Below, in pieces: positions 50,980 to 60,523 of a stretch of 64,000 nt of DNA. Numbering within the stretch: position 1 is the stretch's first letter; every line of letters begins with the position of its first letter. A model generated the notes under the pieces. It did no database searches and had not been told where the DNA came from. It saw only the letters and a list, made by a program, of their open reading frames with translations. Both the position numbers and the translations under genes were made by a program. Origin of the DNA: Bacillota bacterium (lineage in GTDB: Bacteria; Bacillota; Ch66; Ch109); assembly GCA_050952625.1 (NCBI GenBank), contig JBMNLH010000008.1, forward strand, positions 1 through 64,000. Reading direction: 5' to 3'.

Positions 50980-51172
50980 AGATCGCCAGCGTCTCCTGAG
51001 CCTCTGTTTCGTCGATTATCTGGATGGCGAACCCGGCGTGAACCAGGACATAATCACCGGGCTGGGCCTCCGGAGTCAGGATAATGCCCACCTGTCTACT
51101 ATTACCGGCAATGTCTACGGTCGCCATGGGGCCATTAATCTCGATCACCTTGGCTGGAATTGCCAGACACAT
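50939..51172 (-). CDS. hypC: Hydrogenase chaperone HypC
   Basis: MCLAIPA, GDYVLVHAGFA. Confidence 0.95.
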   Translation of the reverse strand: MCLAIPAKVIEINGPMATVDIAGNSRQVGIILTPEAQPGDYVLVHAGFAIQIIDETEAQETLAIFEEWAEKDKEFVS

Positions 51173-51333
51173 TATTAACCACCGTTCCTTTCTTCATGGA
51201 CAAATATCCCAAAGAAATTCCTGTATCAATGATTCATGCCTAATAACTGCTTACGCAATTACCCCGGTCACCCGAACTTTAAACTGGACACGATAAAAAC
51301 TCGGCTGTTTGCTCTAAGATACTTAAAAGAAAA

Positions 51334-51540
51334 GCATAAGGCGTAAGGCGTGAGGTGCGCAACGATAAAGAATTGGGTGACACTGATCGACTCAAATATA
51401 ATTACACATTACACGATAATTACACGGTAAGTCTGTTAGAGCCACCACCGCACAGCCTAAACGTCTGCCTAACTAACGCTTGTGTTATTCACTCGGTCAA
51501 CTGGCTAAACTGGGAACACCTCACGCCTTACGCCTCACGC
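51334..51540. repeat. Segment bounded by 24-bp inverted repeats built from heptamers
   Basis: GCATAAGGCGTAAGGCGTGAGGTG and CACCTCACGCCTTACGCCTCACGC. Confidence 0.7.
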
Positions 51541-51566
51541 GGCTTAGGGCTTTTCAACCGGGATAA

Positions 51567-54359
51567 TTAACCTGTCCCCCGGTCCCTTAGAACTTCCTGG
51601 GCGATGACCGCCTGCCCCAGCGATAACCCGCCATCGTTAGGCGGCACTAACTGATGCGTTAGAACCTCCAGACCTCTGGCCGGCAGTTGGGTCAGGAGCC
51701 CGGCCAAGAGGAGCCGGTTATGAAAAACTCCACCGCTCAGGGCCACCCGCGATATTCCGGTCTCCGTGCCTATTCGCTGGCAGGCCTGGGTGATTCCCTC
51801 CACCATGGCCTGGTGGAAGCGCAAAGCAATGACCCCTCGATCAACCCCAGCTTGAAGATCCGTCAGCAAGGCCGTCCACAAGGGCAAAGGATCCAGGCGG
51901 TACGGGACTGAATATGTTTTTTGGCTGAACGCCCCTTCCGAGTCCGAATTAACTTTGAAACCAGAACCAAAACCGGCACTATTACTTTGTGAACCAGGCG
52001 TCTCTATCCTGCCCCGACAGTTTGGCCAAATGACCAACGGAGTTTCTCTATTGGCAAATGAGCACCCTGACTCTGCTATGTCCCGGCTGATCGAAACCAA
52101 CGGGAAGGGATAAGGTTTGACCCCGGTTAAAAAATCCTGGATCTCCTCGTTCTCCTCTGTCTGAGACTGAGACTTAGACTGAGCCATTTCGAAACCGGTT
52201 TTACCAGCCAAACTCGGCTTACGCATCCTAGCCGCCTGTGTCGCCAAGGTTTCCAGTTCCACCGCGGCCTGCCCTTCATAACCCACCACCGGGCAAACTC
52301 CTAACAGGGCCGCCACCGCGTCGAATAGCCGGCCACAGCTGGAGGTGGTCCAGGTGTTGAATCCTCTGGCCAACTGCTGCAGTAAAATCGCTACTTCTTC
52401 GTCAGAAATGGGTGGGGCAAACCGGTGTACCCAATCCCAGACTGCCTCTGGACCCAAAAGCTGGTGCAGGTAGGTCAGAGCCATTCGCACCGGCCGCCGG
52501 ATGCTGGCCTCTCCGCCGGGTAAAGGCATGGGCCGCAAACTGGCCAACCGGCTAAAGCCTCGATAGTCACCGGCCAAAAACTCAAATCCCCAGAAGGTTC
52601 CGTCAGTGCCGTACCCAGTCCCGTCACAGATTACCCCCAGAACTGGTCCCTTTGCCTGGTTTTCCGCCAGACAACTGGCTAAATGGGCATGGTGGTGTTG
52701 GATGCCTACTCGGATTAAGTCTTCCCGGCCTCGCGCGTAACGACTCGCGGCATAATCCGGGTGCAGATCAAAAGCAATTGCCTTAGGCACAACCTCTAAC
52801 ATTTTCTCCAGGCGAGGAATTGCTTCGAGAAACTGCTGGTAATTACCCCAGTGGTTAAGGTCACCCAGGTGCTGACTGAGATAAGCCTCATGCTTTCTGG
52901 TCAAACAGAAGGTATTCTTTAACTCGCCGCCAACTCCCAAAACCGAAGGCCCTTCTTCTACCAAAACAACTGGGAAAGGAACATAGCCCCGAGCCCGGCG
53001 CGAAAACTGCTTTCTCCCCCCAATAATTCGGACCAGGGAATCGTCGCAACGATTTTGAATATCCCGATTATGCACCAGAAAATAGTCAGCTATCTTCTCT
53101 AAACGAGTAATTGCTTCCTGATTATCCGTGACCAACGGATCGTCACTGAGATTTGCACTAGTCATCACCAGCAGTTCCAGTCCTTCCTCAAACATCAGGT
53201 GATGCAGGGGAGTATACGGCAACATCAACCCCAGAGTGTTTAAGCCGGGGGTTAAATAGGTTAAAGGCAGTCGCGGCTGCTGGATCTCATTTTCGTTGAT
53301 ATTCAGAATAACAATGGGACCGGCTGGCTCAGTAAGCAACTGTTCCTCCGCCGCTGAAATCTGACAGAACTCTCTCGCGGTGTCCAGATCCCGGGCCATC
53401 ACCGCAAATGGTTTATACTCCCGCCGCTTCCGCTGCCGCAACAAGCGCACCGCGTCCGGGTTTAAGGCATCGCAGGCCAAATGAAACCCGCCCAGCCCCT
53501 TAATCGCCAGAATATACCCGGCTCGCAGGAGTCGCCGGGCTTCTTGCATCAGCAACTGAAAATTCGTTGTCTGGTGAGCCGGATCACCGGAGTAAGCATT
53601 GACTATGGCTAACGCTGGCCGCCGGTCGGTCCTAACTGCTGGATCAACCCGGGAAATCGATTCGGCAACAACACTCGAAAGATCAACTTTCCTCCCGGCC
53701 TGATCCAGAAGTTGCAGCGATGGGCCGCAGTCTGGGCAGGCATTAGGTTGAGCGTGAAAACGCCGGTGCCCGGGGTTTGCGTATTCTGCCTGACAGCGCG
53801 AGCACATCAGAAACTGCCGCATTGTAGTATTTCGGCGATCATAAGGGACATCCTGGATGATGGTATAGCGAGGTCCGCAGTTAGTACAATTGGTAAAGGG
53901 ATACTGATACCGTGGATCAGCCGGGTCCATAATTTCTCGGTAGCAATCCGCACAAGTTGCCACATCAGGAGAAATAAGCACCTCTTTGCTTTTTTTCGCC
54001 AGACTGTGCCGAATCGTAAAACCCTGGTACCCCTGGGCTGCTTCCTGAGTTACCTCCTGTTGTAAAATCCGCGCCAAACGCGGCGGCCGGTTTAAAACTT
54101 CCTGACAAAAGGCAGCTACTCGGCTAGGCTCCCCCTCAACCCAGACCTCCAAACCTTCTGATGAATTAAGTACCCAGCCAGCCAGTTGATGCTTTTCCGC
54201 CAGACGATAAACCAGGGGCCGAAAACCAACACCCTGAACCACTCCAGCCAGATGTAGTTTTCGAGCCACCACTGCCGGGGGTTCGGTAGCCCGCAGCGGC
54301 CGATCCAGTATCTGCCCTGAACCAGCAACATTTTCTTTTATCCGGGCTGTTCTATCCAT
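51567..54359 (-). CDS. hypF: Carbamoyltransferase HypF (with insertions)
   Basis: GVVQGVGFRP, two zinc fingers, KGLGGFHL, QHHHAH, DGTGYG, PPNDGGLSLGQ. Confidence 0.95.
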   Translation of the reverse strand: MDRTARIKENVAGSGQILDRPLRATEPPAVVARKLHLAGVVQGVGFRPLVYRLAEKHQLAGWVLNSSEGLEVWVEGEPSRVAAFCQEVLNRPPRLARILQQEVTQEAAQGYQGFTIRHSLAKKSKEVLISPDVATCADCYREIMDPADPRYQYPFTNCTNCGPRYTIIQDVPYDRRNTTMRQFLMCSRCQAEYANPGHRRFHAQPNACPDCGPSLQLLDQAGRKVDLSSVVAESISRVDPAVRTDRRPALAIVNAYSGDPAHQTTNFQLLMQEARRLLRAGYILAIKGLGGFHLACDALNPDAVRLLRQRKRREYKPFAVMARDLDTAREFCQISAAEEQLLTEPAGPIVILNINENEIQQPRLPLTYLTPGLNTLGLMLPYTPLHHLMFEEGLELLVMTSANLSDDPLVTDNQEAITRLEKIADYFLVHNRDIQNRCDDSLVRIIGGRKQFSRRARGYVPFPVVLVEEGPSVLGVGGELKNTFCLTRKHEAYLSQHLGDLNHWGNYQQFLEAIPRLEKMLEVVPKAIAFDLHPDYAASRYARGREDLIRVGIQHHHAHLASCLAENQAKGPVLGVICDGTGYGTDGTFWGFEFLAGDYRGFSRLASLRPMPLPGGEASIRRPVRMALTYLHQLLGPEAVWDWVHRFAPPISDEEVAILLQQLARGFNTWTTSSCGRLFDAVAALLGVCPVVGYEGQAAVELETLATQAARMRKPSLAGKTGFEMAQSKSQSQTEENEEIQDFLTGVKPYPFPLVSISRDIAESGCSFANRETPLVIWPNCRGRIETPGSQSNSAGFGSGFKVNSDSEGAFSQKTYSVPYRLDPLPLWTALLTDLQAGVDRGVIALRFHQAMVEGITQACQRIGTETGISRVALSGGVFHNRLLLAGLLTQLPARGLEVLTHQLVPPNDGGLSLGQAVIAQEVLRDRGTG

Positions 54360-54422
54360 AAATCTTATACTGCCTCTCCGTAATTAAATAGTATCATACT
54401 TAATAAATAGTATCATATTCAA

Positions 54423-54893
54423 TCATCCAGATCGCGTTCCGTGCTCCACTTCCTCTACAACTAATTCCAGCAACCGTGGGAAAACGGCTTGCACTGGTTC
54501 GGTCAATTCTAGGCCCCAGTCAATCGTCTGCGGTTCGACTCCGAAGATAATTGTTTGTGGCCGATGACCCAGTTTTTCCGCTAAATCCAGGACCTCTAAA
54601 AACCCCACCTGGTGTAAAGACAGGGACTGCTCTTTAAATTGCCCCATAACCGCCGGCGTTAACCGGTAGATGGCTCCTGGCTGACCGCCCCCTTTGACGG
54701 CATCAATAACCACCAGGTGCTGCGCCTCTCCTATATAAGGCAGCAAATCAACCCCGGCTGTCCCTCCATCAAGCAAATCTACGCCCTCCGGAAACGTCCG
54801 TTCCTGAAGTGCCCGAATCGCATGGACCCCCACTCCATCATCCTGAAGCAAGATATTGCCGACACCTAAAATCAACACCCGAGATTTAAACAA
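54423..54893 (-). CDS. Hydrogenase maturation endopeptidase (HyaD/HybD)
   Basis: LGVGNILLQDDGVG, DGGT, DAV, SLHQ. Confidence 0.92.
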   Translation of the reverse strand: MFKSRVLILGVGNILLQDDGVGVHAIRALQERTFPEGVDLLDGGTAGVDLLPYIGEAQHLVVIDAVKGGGQPGAIYRLTPAVMGQFKEQSLSLHQVGFLEVLDLAEKLGHRPQTIIFGVEPQTIDWGLELTEPVQAVFPRLLELVVEEVEHGTRSG

Positions 54894-55119
54894 TCAATTC
54901 TCACCTCACCTCTCATTATTATCAGTTTAGACATCATGCTTTCGACGCGGCTTTCCAGGAGGCCACCCAGTCTGGTTTCATTATCAGTTTAGACACCCTA
55001 TACTGCTCAGGATGGCCCTAGCAGTTCATGAAAAACAACAAATCCCGCCGCACCTATTTATTAACATGGCAAATACAGGTTACAACGCAAACTGCTAATT
55101 ATTTCAGAGTAACAAGAAT

Positions 55120-55170
55120 AAGCCGGCCGGGTTTATCGTTTATTCCCGTCGAGACCCGAACCGGCTTTTT
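55120..55170. terminator. Terminator-like stem after the hydrogenase structural genes
   Basis: AAGCCGG.CGGGT...ACCCG..CCGGCTT. Confidence 0.5.
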
Positions 55171-55215
55171 TAAAATTATCTAAAAATTATGATATAATAA
55201 AGCAACTGCTCTGGG

Positions 55216-55848
55216 CTAACCCTTCTGGGAACGCGGAATCTTTACGTCAGCATGGAAATCTGCTGGGATCTTACCGGTAAACATGGACTTGAGTACCGGC
55301 AGTCCTTCAGCGAGATCCAGATAGACGTGAACCATTATACTGAGTACAAATAGCCAAGTGACACAGTAATGGATCATCCGAATTACCAAAGGTCCGCCCA
55401 GGGCAGCCGCCCAACCAGCCAGCGGGCCAGGCAGATAAAGGATAAACCCGGTGATCACCTGAATAATGATCATAAACAGGACACCGGTATACATCAGCTT
55501 CTGACCGGGATTGTATTTGCCGTAATCCGGGTGTTTGTCCCGGATAAACAGGTAGTACATTGCCAAACTACCGAAATCCTTAATGTCCGACAGGCGGAAC
55601 CAAACATTGCGGTAATCCTTGGTGTAAATGCCATACCAGACCCGGCCGATGGTGCTAAAGAGCAGGACGTACATAAAGACAAAGTGGATCGTTCGGGCGG
55701 TATCCATTGTGCTAAACAAGGTAAACTGCAAAGGGCTATGGATGTAAAACCCGGTCAAAATCAGCAGGGTGATTGAGATCATATTGGCCCAGTGAAACAC
55801 CCGAATCGCAGCCGGATGCCGCAGGATCATTTTGGATTTAACTGACAT
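55216..55848 (-). CDS. [NiFe]-hydrogenase cytochrome b subunit
   Basis: RVFHW, TGFYI, YNPGQK, conserved His in four TM helices. Confidence 0.92.
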   Translation of the reverse strand: MSVKSKMILRHPAAIRVFHWANMISITLLILTGFYIHSPLQFTLFSTMDTARTIHFVFMYVLLFSTIGRVWYGIYTKDYRNVWFRLSDIKDFGSLAMYYLFIRDKHPDYGKYNPGQKLMYTGVLFMIIIQVITGFILYLPGPLAGWAAALGGPLVIRMIHYCVTWLFVLSIMVHVYLDLAEGLPVLKSMFTGKIPADFHADVKIPRSQKG

Positions 55849-55862
55849 ACTCCTCCCCCCTA

Positions 55863-57320
55863 CTAATAGACTTGGTACTCAGTAAGTACCTTCTTGTCCG
55901 GGGTCATCAAGTGAATGGCACATCCGAAACAGGGGTCAAAAGCCCGCACAATCCGTACCAGTTCGATCGGGTTTTGAGGATCTTTGACAGCAGTGCCCAC
56001 CAGAGCCTCTTCCATAGGCCCCCGCTGCCCTTTTTCATCCCGAGGCGCGGCATTCCAGGTGGTCGGAACAACGGCATTGTATTTGGCCGTAACGCCATTT
56101 TCGATCTTGATCCAGTGGCCGAGTGCTCCACGCGGCCCTTCGGTCAGACCCATACCCTGACCCTCTTCTGGTACAATGTGCGGCGTGCAGGACGGCTGAC
56201 CCGGCTGTAATTGCAGAACCCATTGCTCCATGGCTTTCGCGACTTCCAGACACTCAACTGCCCGAGCAAAGTGCCGGCCCATAACGGAAAAGGCCTTATC
56301 GCCCAAAGCGCGAACTGCTTCATTTTTACCGACCCACATCCGAGCCAGCGGGCCGACCTCCATCGGGTGGCCATCATACCGGGGTGCCTTTAACCAGGAA
56401 TACGCCCCTTGTTTCTTCGGATCAGGCTTGACAACACTCACACTTGGGTGGTTACCGCCAGTATCATCATGATACCAAGAGTATTTTACTTCTTCCGTAA
56501 TTAGCTCTGGCGTGATCGCGACGTCTTTCCCCTGAATGTACGCGCCACGTTTGAAGAAACCATTGGCCCCCTGCGGATCCGCTGCACTCTGCGGAAAAGC
56601 GCCGTAGGACAGCATATTCTTGCAGCCCACGCCGACTGATAGGTAATCCGGGTAAACCTGGGCTACTGCTTGAACGGTTGGGACATAGACATTTTCAATG
56701 AAAGCCCTGAGTTCCTTTAAACGATAAGTAAAGTCAATCACCTTCTGCGCGTCCACGATTTCGGCGGCCCCACCGGGCACAATTGTCTGAGGATGCGGGG
56801 CACGGCCTCCCCAAATCGCCATCATTTCATGCGCTTTTTTCCGCATATCCAGGGCTTGGACATATTGATTAGCCGCAGCTTTGTTTACCTCATCCGGCAG
56901 ACGGTACTCACCGGCCACCTCATAACGCGGGACAAAAGGAGCCACCCCCAGGCCAGCCCGCACAATATCCACATAGTCCAGAGCGGCTAAATGATAGAAA
57001 TGCAAAATATGCGACTGAATAAAATTCGAGCCCAAAATCAAATTGCGGATAATCCGGCCATTATCAGGGACTTCTAATTTAAAGGCATCGTCTAGGGCCA
57101 GCGTTGAGGCGGTGGCATGCGAAACCGGGCAGACCCCACAAATTCGCATCACAAACTGCTGGGCATCCCGCGGATCGCGCCCCTGCAGAATTAACTCAAT
57201 TCCCCGGAACAAAGCCCCGGAGGTCCGGGCATCAACCACCTTGCCGCCATCGACTTCCACCTCAATCTTCAGGTGGCCTTCGATCCGAGTTACCGGATCA
57301 ACAATAATCTTCTGCGCCAT
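55863..57320 (-). CDS. Group 1 (1a-like) [NiFe]-hydrogenase large subunit, Cys form
   Basis: DPVTRIEGH, RICGVCP, AFDPCFGCAIH plus cleavable tail; 485 aa. Confidence 0.93.
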   Translation of the reverse strand: MAQKIIVDPVTRIEGHLKIEVEVDGGKVVDARTSGALFRGIELILQGRDPRDAQQFVMRICGVCPVSHATASTLALDDAFKLEVPDNGRIIRNLILGSNFIQSHILHFYHLAALDYVDIVRAGLGVAPFVPRYEVAGEYRLPDEVNKAAANQYVQALDMRKKAHEMMAIWGGRAPHPQTIVPGGAAEIVDAQKVIDFTYRLKELRAFIENVYVPTVQAVAQVYPDYLSVGVGCKNMLSYGAFPQSAADPQGANGFFKRGAYIQGKDVAITPELITEEVKYSWYHDDTGGNHPSVSVVKPDPKKQGAYSWLKAPRYDGHPMEVGPLARMWVGKNEAVRALGDKAFSVMGRHFARAVECLEVAKAMEQWVLQLQPGQPSCTPHIVPEEGQGMGLTEGPRGALGHWIKIENGVTAKYNAVVPTTWNAAPRDEKGQRGPMEEALVGTAVKDPQNPIELVRIVRAFDPCFGCAIHLMTPDKKVLTEYQVY

Positions 57321-58372
57321 TAGTTGTCACCCTCTTTCTCTTCGTGCTTGCCTGGAATACGACCGGTAGCCACATTGCCAATCAAATGGCCGCCGATTCC
57401 CGCCAGCGTCAGAGCACCCAAGGCAATCCCAACTGTATCGGCACTAACCTTGGTTTGGGGCCCCAAAGAAAACTCAGGTAACCGTTTGTAAACTGGTCCA
57501 TCGGGGAAGCTGGGTTCGGTGCAGCCAATGCAGGGGCCGCCGCACATAATACAGGAATTAACCGCATTATTCCACTTGCGGTAGGTCGCATCGCAGTGGG
57601 CATAGGGTCCGCGGCAGCCAACCTCTAGGAGGCAGCCAGGTTCACTGAAGTTGCGGGTAAAAATGCCGTTATCAAAGAACTGCCGTCGGGGGCAATTATC
57701 ATGAATTATCCCGCCAAAGAACATGGTCGGCCGGCCAAATTTATCTAACTCTGGCAGATCCTTGTATAACAGGATATGAGCGATGGTCCCAACGATCCAA
57801 TCCGGATGCGGAGGACAGCCTGGGATATTAATAATTGGTTTGCCCTGTAAAATCTCGGATACCGGGACGCAGCCGGTTGGATTGGGATCGGCAGCCGGAA
57901 TCCCACCGTAAGCAGAACAAGTGCCGACATTAATCACTGCAGCTGCTTTTTGGCCAATTTCCTGGACTAAATTGGCGAAGGTAATGGGTTGTCCATCGTG
58001 AGTTTCCCCGACAGTGCAATAGATACCTTCGTCTTTTAACGGAACCGCGCCTTCGACCACCAGGTAGAATTCACCCGCTTTATCCTCTGCGGTCTTCTTC
58101 ATGGTTTCCATAGCCAGTTCTCCGGCTGCTCCCATCACATTGGAATGGTACTTCAGACTAATAACGTTGAGCAGTACTTCCTTGATGTCGGGATGCACCG
58201 TGTTTAATAGGGATATTGAGCAGCCGGTACATGCCGCTCCCTGCAACCAAATGACCGCCGGATTTTCCGCAGCCACTGCCTCCTTCAGAAAAGGAGCCAG
58301 AAACCCGGACATACTAATAGTTGCCGCCCCTCCAGCGCACAACTTCAAAAAATCCCGGCGACTGAGTGCCAT
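57320..58372 (-). CDS. [NiFe]-hydrogenase small subunit with Tat signal and C-terminal anchor
   Basis: SRRDFLK, CTGC, GTCSAYGG, PGCPPHP, IHDNCPR, GC.GP. Confidence 0.93.
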   Translation of the reverse strand: MALSRRDFLKLCAGGAATISMSGFLAPFLKEAVAAENPAVIWLQGAACTGCSISLLNTVHPDIKEVLLNVISLKYHSNVMGAAGELAMETMKKTAEDKAGEFYLVVEGAVPLKDEGIYCTVGETHDGQPITFANLVQEIGQKAAAVINVGTCSAYGGIPAADPNPTGCVPVSEILQGKPIINIPGCPPHPDWIVGTIAHILLYKDLPELDKFGRPTMFFGGIIHDNCPRRQFFDNGIFTRNFSEPGCLLEVGCRGPYAHCDATYRKWNNAVNSCIMCGGPCIGCTEPSFPDGPVYKRLPEFSLGPQTKVSADTVGIALGALTLAGIGGHLIGNVATGRIPGKHEEKEGDN

Positions 58373-58836
58373 ACTTTTCCCTCCCTACACTAAATTCTCT
58401 CGGGTTCTAATCTTTTAAATCTTTCGGATGATAACTAAGACTTACAAATTTTGTTTAGGCTATCCGATCATTAGATAATCAGACAACCCCTTTATCGCCC
58501 CCTTTCATAGTTCACCTTTAACTCAAAACCAGCAACCAGTTAATTCAGTTAGGTTAAATTAAAATTAATTTAAACCGGATAAAGTTTGTGACAATAATAT
58601 CTTTCACTAATACCATTGCTTCGCTAAGCTCCGCAGTGGTTATTCCATTATCTGCGGTGGGGGCAAACTCCCTCACCGCAGTCATAAAATTTGGCCAACA
58701 TTAACTAAGATCACTTATTAATTAACGCATGCGATAAACGCAGGGCAACCACCCATATGCATTAAACAAAACTATCGATGGAAATACTTGTTTCGCATCT
58801 TAAGGTATATATAATCATACCTATCAACCATTATTT

Positions 58837-59517
58837 CTATTTTGGGGACTGGTTCTTAACCATAACTGTGTCTACCAGCCACTGGCACCACTCAGCGATG
58901 CCTTCACCGGTTTTGGCCGATACCGGAAAGACCTTTGCCTGAGGATTCAGTTCGGCCAGATCTTTGCCTAAGACATCCAGACTAAAATCAGTGTACGGCT
59001 GCAAATCCAGCTTATTCACCAAAATGGCTCTAGATTCCCGAAACATTAACGGATACTTGGTTGGTTTATCATTTCCCTCGGTAACACTGATCACCATGGC
59101 CTTAAGGTCTTCCCCCAGATCGAATTCAGCCGGACAAACCAGGTTCCCGACATTCTCAATGACTAACAGGTCTAGCTCATTCAGGGGCAGATTCTGCACT
59201 GACCGCAAGATCATATTAGCGTCTAGATGACAGGCCCCATCTGTATTAATTTGCACCACTGGTATTCCGTGGGCAGCGATCCGCTCTGCGTCCCGGGTCG
59301 TGCAAATATCCCCTTCAACAACGCCTACCCGCAACTGATCACCTAAGGTCTCAATCGTCTTCTCCAGGATCGTCGTTTTACCGGCTCCTGGAGCACTCAT
59401 CAAATTAAGAACAAAAACACCTTTGCGCGCAAATAACTGTCGATTTTGTTCGGCAATGGCTGTGTTGGCATCTAAAATGTTGCTGACTAATTCAACTTTC
59501 AATTGTTTATCCCTCAC
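58837..59517 (-). CDS. hypB: Nickel-insertion GTPase HypB
   Basis: SAPGAGKT, ACHLDA, ENVGNLVCPA, NKLD. Confidence 0.95.
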   Translation of the reverse strand: MRDKQLKVELVSNILDANTAIAEQNRQLFARKGVFVLNLMSAPGAGKTTILEKTIETLGDQLRVGVVEGDICTTRDAERIAAHGIPVVQINTDGACHLDANMILRSVQNLPLNELDLLVIENVGNLVCPAEFDLGEDLKAMVISVTEGNDKPTKYPLMFRESRAILVNKLDLQPYTDFSLDVLGKDLAELNPQAKVFPVSAKTGEGIAEWCQWLVDTVMVKNQSPK

Positions 59518-59780
59518 TTTTTTATTTACTTCTATTATCTGTTTTGAACTTATCTGTTTTGAACTGTCTTGCTGTCTTGTCCAAAACCGGTCCCTTTATT
59601 CGCTTTATACCTTATCAGTCCTGGCATCTTCTAAACACTTGTCAGGCGGCCAAAGATGATTTTATCACCTAGACAATCATACTCCTATTATATCACTTTT
59701 GTTAATAATATTTATAACAGATATTTATACATTAAGGCAAAGACCATAACTTATTAAAAACTTTAAAAGCTTTTAATAAA

Positions 59781-60125
59781 CTAATCCCCCTCATAATAAT
59801 CAACGTAAAGTTCACGGCCGCCTTCTATTAGATTGTTTGAACCGGCACACTCAGGGCAAACAAAACGGTAGCCATCCACCGGGTAGAGGGTGCCACAGGC
59901 TAGACAGCGGACGGTGATTTCTTTTTCCTCAATTTCTAAAATCGCCCCTTTCAACCAGGTTTCTGTTTCCGAGAATACCTCAAAAGCAAACCGCAGAGAA
60001 TCCGGCTGGGCCGCGGTCATCTGACCAACAACTAACTTAACAAAAGAAACCTTTTTGATCCCTTCTCGTTGTACACTTTCCCGCAGGATCCGAACTACCT
60101 GTTGCATTAAGCCCAGTTCGTGCAA
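59781..60125 (-). CDS. hypA: Nickel metallochaperone HypA
   Basis: MHE start, CLAC/CPEC, GREL. Confidence 0.95.
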   Translation of the reverse strand: MHELGLMQQVVRILRESVQREGIKKVSFVKLVVGQMTAAQPDSLRFAFEVFSETETWLKGAILEIEEKEITVRCLACGTLYPVDGYRFVCPECAGSNNLIEGGRELYVDYYEGD

Positions 60126-60237
60126 AAAATTTTCACTCCCTCACCAGATTACGGTCCCGTCAGACATTAAATTCAGACATTAAACATTCCCATTATTCCA
60201 AAAACAACTCAATTCAAAATTAAATATTTCGTATACT

Positions 60238-60273
60238 AACAAAACCGACTCCCTTTATTTAAAGGAGCCGGTC
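60238..60273 (-). terminator. Intrinsic terminator (riboswitch expression platform)
   Basis: GACCGGCTCCTTTA/TAAAGGGAGTCGGTT stem followed by T tract. Confidence 0.75.
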
Positions 60274-60299
60274 CACGCCAAAATAAATGGCCAAAATCT

Positions 60300-60422
60300 A
60301 CTCCTTTCCAAAAGGGAGGCGCATCCGTTTCCGTCTGACCTGCCACAGCCATTAATGCACCCTGTCGGCCATCCTCCCATGAAACCGAAAAATCGGTCTT
60401 TTAGGCTAGAATGGCTCGGAGA
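60300..60422 (-). ncRNA. Moco/Tuco RNA motif riboswitch candidate lacking P3
   Basis: CTCCGAGCC..CCTAA..ATGG..GGC-CGA-CAGGGTGCAT..GGAAAC..ATGCGCCT-CCCTTTTGG-AAAGGAG matches the moaA-leader architecture. Confidence 0.8.
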
Positions 60423-60523
60423 CAATATTAAATTGGGCATCGCAACCTATCAAGGTAAAATTCGACGCAAATAGTCAAATTCCTTCTTTTCTAACAAAAT
60501 AAATCCGAGCGGCAATGAGGTAA

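Noticed and set aside
51900-52245. Intein in HypF
   Set aside because: No intein-like N-terminal block or terminal His-Asn motif recognised
54386-54418. Short direct repeats (TAAATAGTATCATA x2; also near 54917/54980, 60160, 61498)
   Set aside because: Two-copy local duplications without spacer structure; likely slippage
58584-58610. Rex operator upstream of the hydrogenase (also a partial match near 49441)
   Set aside because: Half-sites are wrongly spaced or too degenerate versus TTGTGAA-N4-TTCACAA
60255-60440. 61-aa ORF in the track
   Set aside because: Overlaps the riboswitch and terminator; no recognisable protein features
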